A stretch of 64,000 bases of DNA, taken from the NCBI GenBank assembly GCA_011109175.1, contig RDEW01000056.1:124001-188000 (forward strand), written 5' to 3'. Shown here in pieces: positions 35,380 through 48,769 of the stretch. The stretch's first letter is position 1, and each line of letters starts with the position of its first letter. Source of the stretch: Dicyema japonicum. Its lineage: Eukaryota; Animalia; Dicyemida. The notes under the pieces are model-generated. The model ran no database searches, was not told where the DNA came from, and saw nothing but the letters and a program-made list of their open reading frames with translations. The position numbers and the translations under genes were made by a program.

Positions 35380-36809
35380 TTTTTTGGAGAATTGAACTTT
35401 TAGACTTTCTTTTATTGTTTGAAGTGTAAGCAGCTCATCGCTATACTGAAAGAGCACAGCCTAAAAAGGAATTATTAATCTAATCATCGATCATAAACTT
35501 ATTTCGAAAGAATTAAGTTTGCTATTAACCAAGAAGGTTCAATGCGTGTTTTAAAGGTAAATGAATTGCAAAAAAGATTTAACTACGTTACAGACTCATT
35601 TCACAAAAAATCATAATCGAAGTACTGCATCAGTTACTGCAAGCTATGAATGCGATGGTAATTTCATAAAGCTAGTAAAAACAGCAAAAATTATTTGTCC
35701 AGACAACGCCCACTTGTTTAAAGATTTTTCATTTACCAGAAACACTGTTTGACTTTATTCAATTGCGATCAGTGAAACAGTTAACGTTGTGGAATTGCAC
35801 AATTATCAATCCTTGTTAGAGCCTGTGATTCAAATTGTAATAATTATGTGGAATTTCTCGAACTGGTGCACGATAATAACACAAGTAAAGATATCTCTGT
35901 AAAACTACTACAAACACTCTTTGACTATGGGATTTATTTGAAGAAGCTTGTATGTTTGTGCTCCGGAGGTGCTCGGAATATGGTCGGACGATTGCTGGCG
36001 TTGCTGCCAAATGCGATCTGAGATAGAAAAGTTTAAACCCGGGTTATCATTTCTCACATTCATTGTATTTTTCATGAAAAAAAATTTATGCTCAAATATT
36101 TAAAAAATGGAAAATACGACTAGTTTGGTCAGGAGAACAGTAAACTATACAAGAAATCATGCCTTCAACCACGGGCAGTTTTGTAAACTAAGAAATATAT
36201 GAATAATCAATTCAGCGACTTTCCATTTTATACTCCAGTCCGCTGATTATCGCTTCACAAAGTTGTTAATAGATTTTATTTGTTGAGACAGGAAATAATT
36301 ATATTTATGGAAATTAAAGGCTAAACACAGACGAAATGAAAAGCAGATGAATGCTTACAAATGGAACTATTGGAAATCAATCAGATTCTGTATTTAAGCT
36401 AAATATTTGGAAGTTGGAATACCTGCTTTTTTATATCTTCCTAAAGTTTAAACTAAAAATTTTGCAACAAAAATCATTGGTATGTTTGGTTCGACATATG
36501 TGTGTGAACAGCTTTTCTATTTATGAATTTTTCAAAAACTGCTCAAAGAACAAGATTCACTAATGAAAATTTATTCGCTTTAATAAAAGTCGGAACTACA
36601 CGAATAGCTGAGCCCGAAATATCAAAAATTAAATCCAAAAAAATGTCAACTAGCTCTCACCAAAATTAAAAAGTGGTGATAAAATAATTATTTTGGTTTT
36701 TCATTATAATAAATAAATTCTTAAAAAATAATATATCAGAGCTAATCCTCCCTTGATGAGAAATTATTATAAATGCGGCCCTCGAAGCGAAATGAGTTTG
36801 ACACCCCTG
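35380..36809 (+). mobile_element. hAT (SPIN/GTF2IRD2-like) transposon remnant
   Basis: HCIFH, VNY.R..A.NH.QF, CEQLFS fragments; terminus GAGTTTGACACCCCTG. Confidence 0.75.
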
Positions 36810-36999
36810 ATCTTGGGGATCAGCCCACGTGACTCATATCGTCGAATTTATCTATTAAATCATATTTTAACGATAATATAAAAATAAAAATTTTGACCTC
36901 TTTTATCAAGAACCCGACCACGTGGTCGCTTGAATTCACCGGCGATGAATTTACCTAGAATCCTCCTATACACCTCGTAGAAGTTTGTCAATGCCAAGG

Positions 37000-37360
37000 C
37001 TTTCGGCGGCTTTAGTATAAACCCAGTGGTAAATTGTTTGAGGCACGACTGAGTGGGTTCAGTGATTCGAAATCAAAGTGTATTGCTTCACAATCTGTGG
37101 ACAAGATCAAGTTACGTTGATCAAACAGAATTAAAGTTTCTAATGATTGAAATATCTATTGTTGCTGATCTAAAAATAGGCTGAACACAATTATTGCCAT
37201 TTTGGTAGAGACAGGTTATATAGTCTTTATAGAAGAAAATATACATTTTAACGAAAAAGAAGTTCAAGAAGCAATAAATAAGTGATCTTTTGTCAAGCCA
37301 AAAGAATGATGTCGACTAAACTTCCAATCACGAAGATAATATTGGAGACAACCTTACTGC
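37000..37360 (+). mobile_element. Integrase H2C2 fragment (Ginger/Gypsy-integrase-like)
   Basis: EHNYCHFGRDRLY...KEVQEAINK..FCQAKR across frameshifts. Confidence 0.55.
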
Positions 37361-37779
37361 AAAGGTCCAGTCAAGGTCCAGTCACTCGACCGGTACGTGC
37401 TTGTGTGGGGTCGAGGGAGGAGCATCGGGCCAATATGAGGTCCCTGCTAGAGCGTGCTGGGATCACGTGATTAGTTAGTTTGTATAACCGTGGTCTCTGG
37501 TGTTATCATTATTGTTAAAAACGTGTCACATTATTTGCTTGTTGTTCTTGTTTCACTGTCAATTATTAACAATATTGTCAGAAATATTGAAAATATCTGA
37601 ATAATGTGAATTACTTTGGACTTAGAATTAAAATATGTAAGTTTTTTTCCAGAAAATTAGTGAAATTAGTTAAGTGATCCGGCAAATGGCGGGTCCGTTA
37701 AATGGACGCTCAAAAATAATATTATTTAAAATCAAATTTATTTTTTTTAAATAATAAATAAAATTACTAAGCAACTACG

Positions 37780-39634
37780 ATGGACAAAGCACAAATTCGA
37801 GTCATTTCTGGTCTCATTAACCAGGGAATCGAGACTAAAGACATGATTAACACCCTAATCAAAATATTTGGGACCGACTCTCCCAATAATGTAAGGACCA
37901 TAAGTGACTCTCAGTTCGAAGAGATGATCAACCATGTAAGGCTGAGTCAACGTCAAGATGTTAACAATATGACCAGGAAAACTGCCACCTGTCCTCCTAA
38001 GGATTTTACCGGAATATCAGAGTCTACCAACGATCCACCAGACACCTCCCATTATAGCCGGGCTTCAACCGGCAACAAAAATAGGTTTAACTAAGCTCTT
38101 TTGTTCAACGTCGATTTAAATTTCTAATCAATTAGTGAGATCCTGAATATCTGCGTGATCGACAAGGTCAGGGATGGTTGGGTTTATTTGACATCTCTAG
38201 TCAACATCTATTTCAAATGTGAGGAACACGTGATCACCAGCCAGATGAAATATTTTGCCTGCAATCTCCCCAAAGACAGGAAGAACAGAAAAGTCGACAT
38301 TTCAGTACATTGTGACGTGGATGTCTTCGAATTTTTGCTTAACTATGCCCAACGTGCGAATTCCGGCAACCAAAATTGCCACGAAGACATAAGTTTATGA
38401 GATATAACATTCAGACTACCAAAATGTCGTCTCCCTGTTGATTTCCGCCGACTTTTTGGGGATGGAGACACTGGTAGTCGTTAAATGGATTTATTAGGTC
38501 GACCACTGCGTTGAAGTATTTTGGCGGGAAATTCGATCCATTATTCCATTTAAAATCAATCTGAATTGTATTAACGATGGGTTAGTACGGAGGATCTCTG
38601 ACAGATTCACAGCCCTTGAGATCGACTCACTTTCTGACGAGGCTGAGAAGATCAAACAGTCGCTGTTGTTGTGAGTATAGACGTCTGTTCTTCTGGAAAA
38701 TCGTTAGTCTCTTCGATTCCTCGAGTGGGGACTCTTATGCGTCGACCTTATTCAAGTCATCTTTTGATTGAGCCCAGATGTATCCACTGTGGGAAGTTAC
38801 TGACCTTAAAGACCGCCAAACTGTTCATTTGTGGACCAAAAAGGTGACCTTATACCTAACCCACCAGATATATAATTTCAAGGAGTGGGGAGATCGAGCA
38901 CTGTCATCAACCTGATGCCAACTGGGATGTCAACGAGTTTGTAGTCAACAGCAAACAGACACTGGAGGACTGGAGACTCGTGTACTGGTGGATCTGGAGT
39001 ATTATAAACTACTTTAAATGTGCGAACTGTCAGAAATACTTCCCTTGCTACAAAAAAGTCGCCGAGGAAGGGAATTTTGTGCCCCCCACGAGGACTGACT
39101 TTGATTCCCTGACCAACTCTGTGAGTAATTATTGGTCACTTCTCAGGGATGTGCACATCTTGACCATACTCTAGAATTTAGTGGCGGGATTTTTAAGGGA
39201 GAAGATCTCATTGGCAAGGAATTGTTAGAGGGACTTAAGATCAGTGACGGCTACCATTGCTCGGTGGGGAGTGATGAGTTAGCAGTGCAGTTATTTTAAG
39301 ATGTTTGGACCCCTCTGTTATTTTCCCCCTACAAAGTTTACCTTGCGAGAAACAATCCCCAAAAAAGCTGGTTATTGTTTTTCTAACAAATCAGAGTAGT
39401 GGGAGAAGGCAATCCTCTCATAATGGACGGAAGATGAGCATTGAAGAGAAGTGGGACTGCCAAAAGTCAGTGAGACAAAACCAGGACATGCAAAGACGAC
39501 AAGGTTACAACAAATGGAAATACTTAGAATACCTAAGAATGACAACCACGTCCAGTTTGGGGGAAAGGAAGACGTTTAGGAGTATTTACCACAGATTGGA
39601 AAGTGAATACTGTAAGAGTAATTGTGGACGATAA
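37780..39634 (+). CDS. SANBR: SANT/BTB domain protein KIAA1841/SANBR orthologue (DUF3342), many 22-24 nt introns
   Basis: MKYF...VDISVHCDVDVFEFL, NVVSLLISADFLGME, CIHCGKL, WRLVYWWIW...CANCQKYF; the core reads open once six short introns are removed. Confidence 0.85.
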
Positions 39635-41034
39635 TCAGACGTATAAGTTCAATAACCACGATTTAACGGTTCATTTATTTATATGTTTCTCAGTGACGCA
39701 GTGTAGCTTAGTGTGAGGACACGTGACTTTGTAGGATTTGTTCCATGATTAGAAGATTCTCAGGACAGGGTAGCTTAGTATGGCGACGTCGATTCCTTTT
39801 TAGAAGGAAGTCAGGGAAACTCACTAAGAGCCTATGAAGGATAGGGTCTTTACAACCTCAGCACTCCACCACGTCATGGTTGTTTAGTTAGAGAACAACG
39901 ATCCCGACCTTGTAGAATAAAATCAAGGGGACATCTGATAGAGAGGTCCCAATGAGGAAAGGAAGGGTATTTTTGTCGTTACTCGAGAAAAAACGTCAGC
40001 CTCCTCCACGAGAAAATGAACACGCATCGAAATTATATTTATTAAATGTTATTTTGTGATTTCTGTTAACGATATTTTCTGGAGTTTTAGTTAAAATTAA
40101 AATAATTCCAAAGACCAAAGGTAACTAAACTAACTAACTCCTTGATCCTGACTCGTTCCAGAACTTGTCTTAAGGTAACAACATTGTCCCCTGGGAAAGA
40201 ATAGCTGGATCCTCTTGATGTCGGCCAGGCATTGGGCGTCTCATCAGTAAGGTGGATCCAATGACGCCATCGAAGGAAGAAAATAATTTTTGACCAACTA
40301 GCAACATAGCACCACACGGTGCCACGCGGCCATATGTAACATTTTTTCAGGCATCTCATCCATAGCTCACCGTGGACTTTTAATTAAATTACTTATAATT
40401 AATTTATAACTATTGATTTTAATAGACTAAACAATTTTTTTCTAGGCGAGTATTCTCTCATCGAAAAGCCGGAAAGGAAGGGTCATTTTGTCTTCATGCA
40501 AGGATAAAGTCAGTCTCCTCCACGAGGAGATGAACACAGATCGAAGAACACTAACTCCTATACACTAATGATATTCGCTAGATCCCCTAATCATTAAGAA
40601 AATATATTTCATATCCCTAGCAGTCCCTACGTTTCACTTTGGAGTAACAGTCTCTGTTCAATACAGTGATCTTAGACCCCACTGTTTGACGTTGAAAACT
40701 CAGCTAGAATTCTATAATTCTATCAATCACTCTCCTCTCGCAGTGTCTCCTCCATAGCTCACCTGTATTCTTAATAAAAATCTACAATCACTCCATCTCG
40801 TTTGTTGACGACGATAATGGAGGGTCGTTGGCCAATATGAGGATCTTCCAGGATCTAACAAGTTCGCAGAAAAGTGACTGTTTCCCCAATTCCAGTCCTC
40901 TAAAGATGAGCTGGAGTGTTACGTGGATTATATACAAGTATATGTAGCTCAATGACTTGAGTTTTGTCAAACAGGTCTTAAGCTACAATATAAATAATGC
41001 TTACATGACTAACATCAGAGTTTTGCAGAATACA

Positions 41035-41900
41035 TTTTTTTTATTTTTTTAACCCCGGGAACACCGAGGAAGAAAGACAAACAGTTAGATGATCCCAGTC
41101 CTCGCAATCAATTGAGCCATTCGACGTCTGTGATCTTACATTGTCCCCACTACTTTCCGGAAGAGCCTTCTCACGGTCTTGCAAAGAAATCCGATTGGGG
41201 AATTTCTTATCCAATCGGTTTTCTCTTGCCATGGAAAGGATCAGGCGAAGCAGGTTTCCATCTTCCTCACAAACGCGAAGAAATCCGGAGCAACGACTAC
41301 GGATCTTAGCTTCGATGAGTAGTGGGTGGACTGTTGCTCCATTACGTGGGCAAAGCATACTGATTGTTTTCTGTTGTATTGAGTTGACTCTTTGGACCAT
41401 AGACTCCTATAGCGCGAATCTCCATGCAACAGAGGCATACCCAACGGCTGGGCGATTGTTTGTTGGTAGAATAAAAACATAAAAGTCCATGTTCCTCGGG
41501 GTCCTCCGACAAGGGCGCGTAAAACGTTAATTTTCTGGAGGCCCCTGGTAATCATGTCTTTTACGTGTTGTTGAAATTGAGTAGACTGTCGTACTTGACT
41601 TCAAGTACAGTGGGAAACCTTGTCACTGGAATCCGAGGGGGACCAATAAAGATACTCGGTTCATCCTTAGAACGACAGTTTTAAGTGAAGTGGAACAGAT
41701 GGACTTGGTTGCAGAAATCGTAAGTCGATTACCAACAATCCAATGGTGGAGAGTGTTCAATTTTGCCTGAGTCTTAAAGGATGCGACTTGCGTCGAGCGG
41801 TTCCGTATTGCAATGACTACATCGTCTGCGTAGGATAATAGCAGGGAATCTTCGTCTCCGTCATTAGGTAGGTCGTGTAGGAATAAGTTGAATAGAATTG
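41035..41900 (-). mobile_element. Vingi/Ingi-like LINE 3' half (RT, no RNase H seen)
   Basis: FNLFLHDLP...SYADD...FQQHV...KINVLRAL; A-rich tail at ~41035-41052. Confidence 0.8.
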
Positions 41901-42057
41901 GTGAAAGTAGAGACCACTAATAGTATCCATACACAAACTAACTTGACAGTTCTTTTATTTAAATTTAATATTTTTATTAGTAGTAAATAATAGCAATAAT
42001 TATTAAATTTAATATTAGATGGCTTAGATGAGATCCCCAAGATATCAGAAACTGAAA

Positions 42058-42805
42058 TAGCAAAGAAAAGGTAATTGCACTTTTGGAGAAAATACTTATA
42101 AAATGGCTGAATGGTCATTAAAAGTAAACACAATCAAAACCGAAATCACGGAGCTAAAAAGAAGTGAGGAAAGGACCGAGGACAACTGGCGCAGATCAAA
42201 AAACTAGGATCCTTTCTCGGTGACACCGAAGATATAACACGAAAGAAGACATTAAATAACGTCGCTTTCAACAAAATGAAGAAGACCTGGCTTCTGCACA
42301 AAAGGCTTGACCCTAAAACTCGAATGAGACTATACAATGCCATAGTGAAGCTAATCCTAATATATAATGCCGGTACATAGGGATGTACAATGCAGGAACT
42401 TGAAAAGTTGAATTCTTTTCACAGAAATCATCTCCGAGCACTCCTGTATTCTTGAAGATTTTTCAAAATGCCGTCCAAAATCTTAGACAAGAGAACCATG
42501 TGATATTACTGATTCAAGATGGAGGCTGCTTGGACACATTTTCCCCCACGATATGGGGACCCTGCCAACATAGCAATAAAGGAGTATTTTGTTTTAGAGG
42601 CTTCGTGTTTCCGCCGTCGGCCAAAGACAACACTGCCGGTAATCTTAGATGAAGATCTCAGGAGGATAGGAAAGTGGGGATAATCTAGATTTGCTACGGA
42701 GTATGGCAACAAATCGTAAAAAATGGGCGATGTTAATTAGATTGTTAACTTTTCGTGTTGCACATGCTTTGTCATGACCTTGGAATCAAGCACGTGCCTA
42801 TAATA
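42058..42805 (+). mobile_element. 5'-truncated RTE LINE
   Basis: 14-bp TSD ATCAGAAACTGAAA (42044-42057 and 42806-42819); KKLGSFLGDTEDI, RLYNA, FHR motifs; (TAA)n tail. Confidence 0.88.
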
Positions 42806-43379
42806 ATCAGAAACTGAAACTTCTGTCATACTCGGAAGCTATGAAAGCCAATGGCTCCTAATTTGATCTTTATTGCTATCGCTAGAAGCAATATTATATC
42901 AGTTATGCTGGCGGAGGTCACTATTTTCAAAGACTTTTCAGTGCATAAAATTCAAAATTACATGAATTGTCAAGATTTTACGTAAAAAGTCGTCTGAGAG
43001 AGAAATTGCAAAAACGCATGAAATTTTAGGGTCACTGGTGACATGGGTCGACGTAGCATTATTATTAGCAACTGCACTTTTTTACGCAGAGCCACATTAG
43101 CTAAAGCTCCTTCCAGGCAGGACACTCACTTTATTTAAGTAAAGACCAGTATGATAACTAATCGACGAGGGAGAACAAAGGATTGTTTTTCAGTTCTTTT
43201 TGTCGCGTGTATGTCCTTTATAGACGGTTCCGCAGTGAAATGTTCACTGATGACGGCGTCACTCGTCAAACCAAAGCATTGTAGATGCGTGGAACCTACA
43301 CTAGAGTAGTGAAGAGTGGGATTCTTCTGAATATCGGGCACTGGGCGTCTCCTGAATGGGGTGGATCCAGTAAGGTAAA

Positions 43380-44070
43380 TCGTGTAAAAATAAGTTAAAT
43401 AGAAAAGAGACAAAGGGGAACCTTGTGGAGCCTTATTTGGGAGTAGTCTTGATTTTGAAGTAATTTTTCCAATCCGAAATCTTCACATCGGTCAGTTAAG
43501 AAATTTTCCAGACATAGTCGCAGACTTTCTGTATATTGATAGACACCAGAGCCTCCTTTAGTAAGTCCGTCTTAATTTTAAAGCCATGTGATGAACTGCG
43601 AGACAGATCCCAAATGAGTCGTTGCAGAACGGTCTGCTCTAAAGCCATGTTGAAAATCGAGAAATGTCATAGGGAGTAAAGAAGGCAGCACATGACGTCT
43701 GTTGTGGACCACATTGTTTGACATGCAGGGAGCGAGAAATATTCTTGTGAGTTATCAACACAATATTTCATAAGATTATTTGCAAGTTCCCGTGCAGGTT
43801 CCGAGGAAATAGGGGTAACGATTTCCACCCCACCGCCATCTTCGTTTATAAGACTGTTAATACTTCTCAATGTCTTCCAGAAGGTACCAAACATATTTTT
43901 GTGGCATAATCGACCAATAAGCGAGCTCCACTAATGTCTGTGGTTATCACTGATTAGATTGGAAATTCAGTAATTGAGAGAGCGTATGGCCGATATAGAG
44001 TCATCTGATTGCATTTTGGTTTTCTTCAAGGCATCCCGTATCTTGATAAATGCTAGGATACCCGAAGATA
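43380..44070 (-). mobile_element. Highly decayed LINE RT remnant
   Basis: GST.FP...FNLFLHDLP and upstream RT-like blocks. Confidence 0.55.
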
Positions 44071-44205
44071 GTTTCGAATTTATTTATTTAGATTTTTAAG
44101 ACAATAGGGGGATAATTATTTAATTTAATTTTGTTAATATTAAATCTAATTTAAATAATATAAAAATAATTTTTAACCTAAACTGTAATAAAATAAAAAT
44201 ATTTG

Positions 44206-45895
44206 ATGACTTTAATGCAGGTGTTGTCCTCCATTGCTAACCGGATTCGAGTAAATTCAATACTTTCAACTTCTGCTGCCAATTCTGGGTACATTTAGTA
44301 TTTCATCATAGTCACCCAACTTCATGCTGTTCTATTGCTGAGATTATGAGTGTCCTATTCTTCAAAGAAATGAGTTATTTCCCTGACTCCCCTAAGGATC
44401 CCTCAAATGACAGATTTATTCTATCAAAGGGGCACGCTGCTCCAATTTTACGCAGTTTGGACAGAACTAAGCCTCTATAACGAGGAGGACCTCCTAAATC
44501 TCCGTAAGATAGACTCTCCCTTGGAAAGACATCCAACCCCAGTACTATTACTTCCCATCGATTATTTTACTGATATTTCTATAATTTCAGAAACTCCCGT
44601 TCGTTGATGTAGCCACTGGTTCCCTTGGACAGGGCCTCAGTTCGGCTGTGGGAATGGCCTATGTCGGGAAATATATCGACAAAGCCTCGTATGTGTTGTT
44701 AAAAATCAAGATATCGAGTGTAATGCATCGTCGGTGACGGGGAATCGGCTGAGGGATCTGTTTGGGAGGCCATGGCTTTGGCTAGTTACTACAAATTGGA
44801 CAATCTTGTGGTCATTATCGACTGCAACTTTTATGGTCAGTCCCAAGAGACTATGCTTGGTCATGATGTGCAGACATATGCTGCCAGATGCTCTGCCTTT
44901 GGGTTTAACTCGATTGTGGTGGATGGACATGCCATCCCTGACATCGTTTTTGCCTTTGAGAGTGCTAGGAGAAAGAAAGACATGCCGACCGCTTTGGTTG
45001 CAAAGACTATGAAGGGGAAGGGCTTCCCTGGTGTGGAAAACCTTAATGGATGGCATGGAAAGGTCCTCGGTGATAAATCTGCTGCCGTTCTGGAGCTTCT
45101 GAGATCTGACTCTTCACGGACATCGGTGGTTGAATTGGTTCCCAAGCCGTTGGACGCTGTGCCTACAGTTGATTCCTCGAGGAAAACTTGTCTTTCATCA
45201 CCCCCAGACTACAGTATTGGAAAAATGGTGGGAGTGTGGCTTATGGTAGGTGGCAACAAGGACAGCATATGGGGACGCTCTTTTAAAGCTCGGGAAAGCA
45301 TCCCCCTGGGTGATGGCCATGGACGGAGACACTAAAAACTCAACCTTTGCATCCAAATTTGCGGTTTATTAGTGTTATCTATAAAAGGAGGCATTCAGTG
45401 GAGATAATCGTTTTATTGAATGCTTCATAGCAGAACAGAACATGGCTGGGGTAGCTATTGGGGCAGCCACTAGGGAAAGAGCTGTTGTGTTTGCCAGCAC
45501 ATTTGCCGCCTTTTGGACTAGGGCTTTCGATTAGATAAGGATGGGAGCTATTTCGATGACGAATGCTAATTTTGTGGGTTCTCATGCTGGAGTGTCTATT
45601 GGGGAGGATGGTCCTTCACAGATGGCCTTAGAAGACATTGCAATGTTCCGTTCTATTCCCGGGTCTACTGTCTTCTATCCAAGTGATGCTGTCTCTACTG
45701 AACGAGCTGTCGAGTTGGCTGCCAATACTCAGGGTATTTGCTTTATAAGGACCTCTCGACCTAATTTCCCAGTTATTTACGGCAATGATGAGTCATTTGC
45801 AGTAGGACATCCCAAAGTATGGCTGATAATTATGGTTAGGTTGTCAGAAGTAGTCCTAATGTTGTCTGTACTGTGATTGCTGCGGGTGTGACCTT
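44206..45895 (+). pseudogene. TKT: Animal-type transketolase, truncated pseudogene
   Basis: [72 protein letters not shown]; TAG at 45532-45534 in FD(Q)IRM; frameshift at ~44450; cut by a LINE after AAGVTL. Confidence 0.92.
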
Positions 45896-47350
45896 AAAGA
45901 GGGAGTTAGTTGGCCTCATGCTGCAAATCTTGCCATATCTTGGACTTTTCTCTGCACTCTCAGACCCCTCTTATCTTTTATTCTGTGCAGCAACATGCGA
46001 GTTAATGATGGCATCTCTTTTTAGGAATTTTTCGTTCCTTATACTGATGCATCTCTTATTGACATTATTAGCAAATTTTCATCTTGATCTAGCTTCTCGT
46101 CGAGCCTTTAGTGTAGGGCAATCTTGATCCCTGCTCTCCTCGGTTTTCAAGAAGCAAGATAAAAAGCTCTTTGTATGCAGTGTAATACCATCTTGAATGA
46201 TCATAATGGAATGATCGTACGCGAAAAATAAATAAAAACACATCCGTTTCGTGTCTCAATTTCCTCATACACTACATCACATCGTGGGCTATCTTCCTTT
46301 GAGTTTAAAATCGCACAATGACTTCCCAGATTTCTCAAAATCTGTTCCAAGATATCTCAGGAAGCTAACAATGCTAATTCCGCATACGAAGTCTTTCTGA
46401 TTTCCTTTACAAATCCGATTGAAGAACCTCATAGCACTAAATTTTTCTTCTGACAGTTTAATCCATGAAGACAGCACGAGTCTTTTATCTCTTCCATGTA
46501 CACATTGAGTCTCTTCTCTGAGATCATGCTCGATCTTGACACAATAGACAGTAGCACGTCGTCTGCATATATCAGAGTTCTCGTACTTGGTGTAGTCTGA
46601 GATAGGTAATCGGCCATTAGAACGTTAAATAATACAGGGCTCAAAATTGATCCTTGTGAGACTCTTCTCTTCAAAAATATCATATTAAAAATAGCGTCCG
46701 CATCTAACATAGGATTTTATTTTTACTTTCACCCAATTCACTAGTTCCTATGGGCTTCCGTCCGAGATAACTGACCGATTATGGCTCTGTGGTTAACACT
46801 GTCAAATTCTTTTGATAAGCCGAACATATGACATTCACGAAACATTTGGATTCTCTGGCGTTGCATAACTGGAGTTGAGATGAAATAACCAATCACCGCA
46901 TGACCGTCCTAGGCGAAAACCAAATTGATTATTTCAGAAGTAGTCTTTTTTTCAGCTGATTTGTAAGCATCCAGAAGATAGTTTTTTCTATAATTTTCGA
47001 AATTGACCGAATCAGGTTGATAGGGCCATAATTGAAGGATCATTCTTCGATTTTTTTGTCTTCGCTACCATCCATACAATTGTCTTCTTCCATTCGTGTG
47101 GAGTATAACCAATTTTTATGCATGCGTTGAATATATCTTTGAGAACAGATTAAAATGTCGGGCCTTCTTTGAACATCCTATCTTTGATGAAATCACTGCC
47201 CGGAGGTTTTTTCTTGACAGCTCTTATTTCTATCTTCAGCTTTTTTAGAGAGATCTCTATAAATGCTGTTAGTCTCCAAGATTCTTTAGGAGGATATTGG
47301 GATCTTAGACGGTCCGTTAGAATAAGTTGTTTTAATGGCTTTCAATGCTG
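45895..47350 (-). mobile_element. Decayed LINE ORF2, same family as 9290-10950
   Basis: QGSILSPVLFN, IYADD; extended reverse-complement similarity to 9490-10950. Confidence 0.85.
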
Positions 47351-48169
47351 ATTTAAGTTTCTTTATAATAATTATTATTATTAGCACTTGGCTGGCACAA
47401 AAAAAGATTATTTGTTATTCCCCACTCTACTGGAAGGGTTTCCACAACTGCAAATATGTAATTTTTAATCTTTTTGCTGATTCCGTATATACTCTGTTTC
47501 TGTAGAAGTGGAAACTGGGTACACTTAATTAGTTGATTATGTTAACTTCTTTCTCAGGGGTTCCGGGGTTAATAAATTAAATCTAAATTTCGAAAATAGG
47601 CAAAGCCATTACGTCATTCGTAATTGACCCTCATGCTTACCCAAAAGCCGTTTTGATAAAATCAGACGTGCTCAAAAACGCCAGATATTTTATTTTTCCA
47701 TCGACATCCTTTTTATATATTTGTATTCTCCAGTTTTATATTTACTACTTTTTTGTGTATCTTTGTCTAACATTAATACATTCGCCTTATTTAGATTTTA
47801 TCGAGAAGCATCATAGGTGCTTAGACATAAGTGCTTTTATTGTCCAAGGTTCAAGCACGTAAGACGTCTCAACGGAAATCGGCTGGAAGAGGAACCAAAA
47901 TGCTACGGTACTTACTTTTTTTCGAATCTTCAGCACTACTATCTGCAAACCCACGCACAACGATGACTCTAGCGGAATCGCGTATGAGAAATTATCCGTG
48001 AACGTTGAATCGTAAGAAAGACATCTCAATTGGCTCTGTTGTATTTGGTTTGTTTAAAAATTGGGAATTCTCATTAAAATATAATTTTTTGTACCTGTTG
48101 ATTAATTTTAAAAATATTTATAATTATAAACAATTTATTATTAGGAAACATGAGTAGTTTTAATTATTG

Positions 48170-48595
48170 AGTCCAGCGGATATGATCGAGTGGCTGATAC
48201 CTCTGACTACTGCCAGGGATATCCTTTGGAAAAGCCACTCGGTTTCCCGACGCTCCCTAAAGGCTTTGGTCAATAGACACCCAAGTGCTCTAAGGAAAGA
48301 GACCCGCTCGTCTCGATGACCACTGGCTGTACATGAAACGGTTTAGGAGGCTGCTGTATTTCTTTATTTTTGAGTTTTCATATAAACGGGCGGACTCTCC
48401 CGCTTTCATTGTCGACCTCAAAAGTTTCGACTGGGAAAAGCTGTCAGGACATGCAGCATCCCAAATTAAGCATTTGCCCCGAGAGAAGGGGAAGACAGCA
48501 ATTCCATCGGTTCTAGGCTTCCCATCATCCCTACTCAAGCCCGTTGGTTCTAGAATGGATGAGTATCTCGCCAACTCGAGGGCGCGCTTCACCAT
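48170..48595 (-). mobile_element. CRE-clade RLE 3' fragment
   Basis: EPTGLSRDDG..DG...PF.RGKCLIWD...PD...KIKKY and RISLAVVRG. Confidence 0.85.
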
Positions 48596-48769
48596 ATATA
48601 ATTATTATGCATTCGAAAAATAATATATTATGTTAGATTAATAAATGGGCGCATAATGCTATGTGGTGCCACATGGCTATTTGATTAAAGATTTAATCTT
48701 AAAAAAATATAAAACTCGCATTAAACTACATCCCTAATAGACTTTAAAATGCCCTCTTAATATTGCTTT

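Noticed and set aside
45532-45534. TAG read as Gln (alternative genetic code)
   Set aside because: Single case in a gene with other lesions; SANBR and the RTE ORF need no stop read-through.
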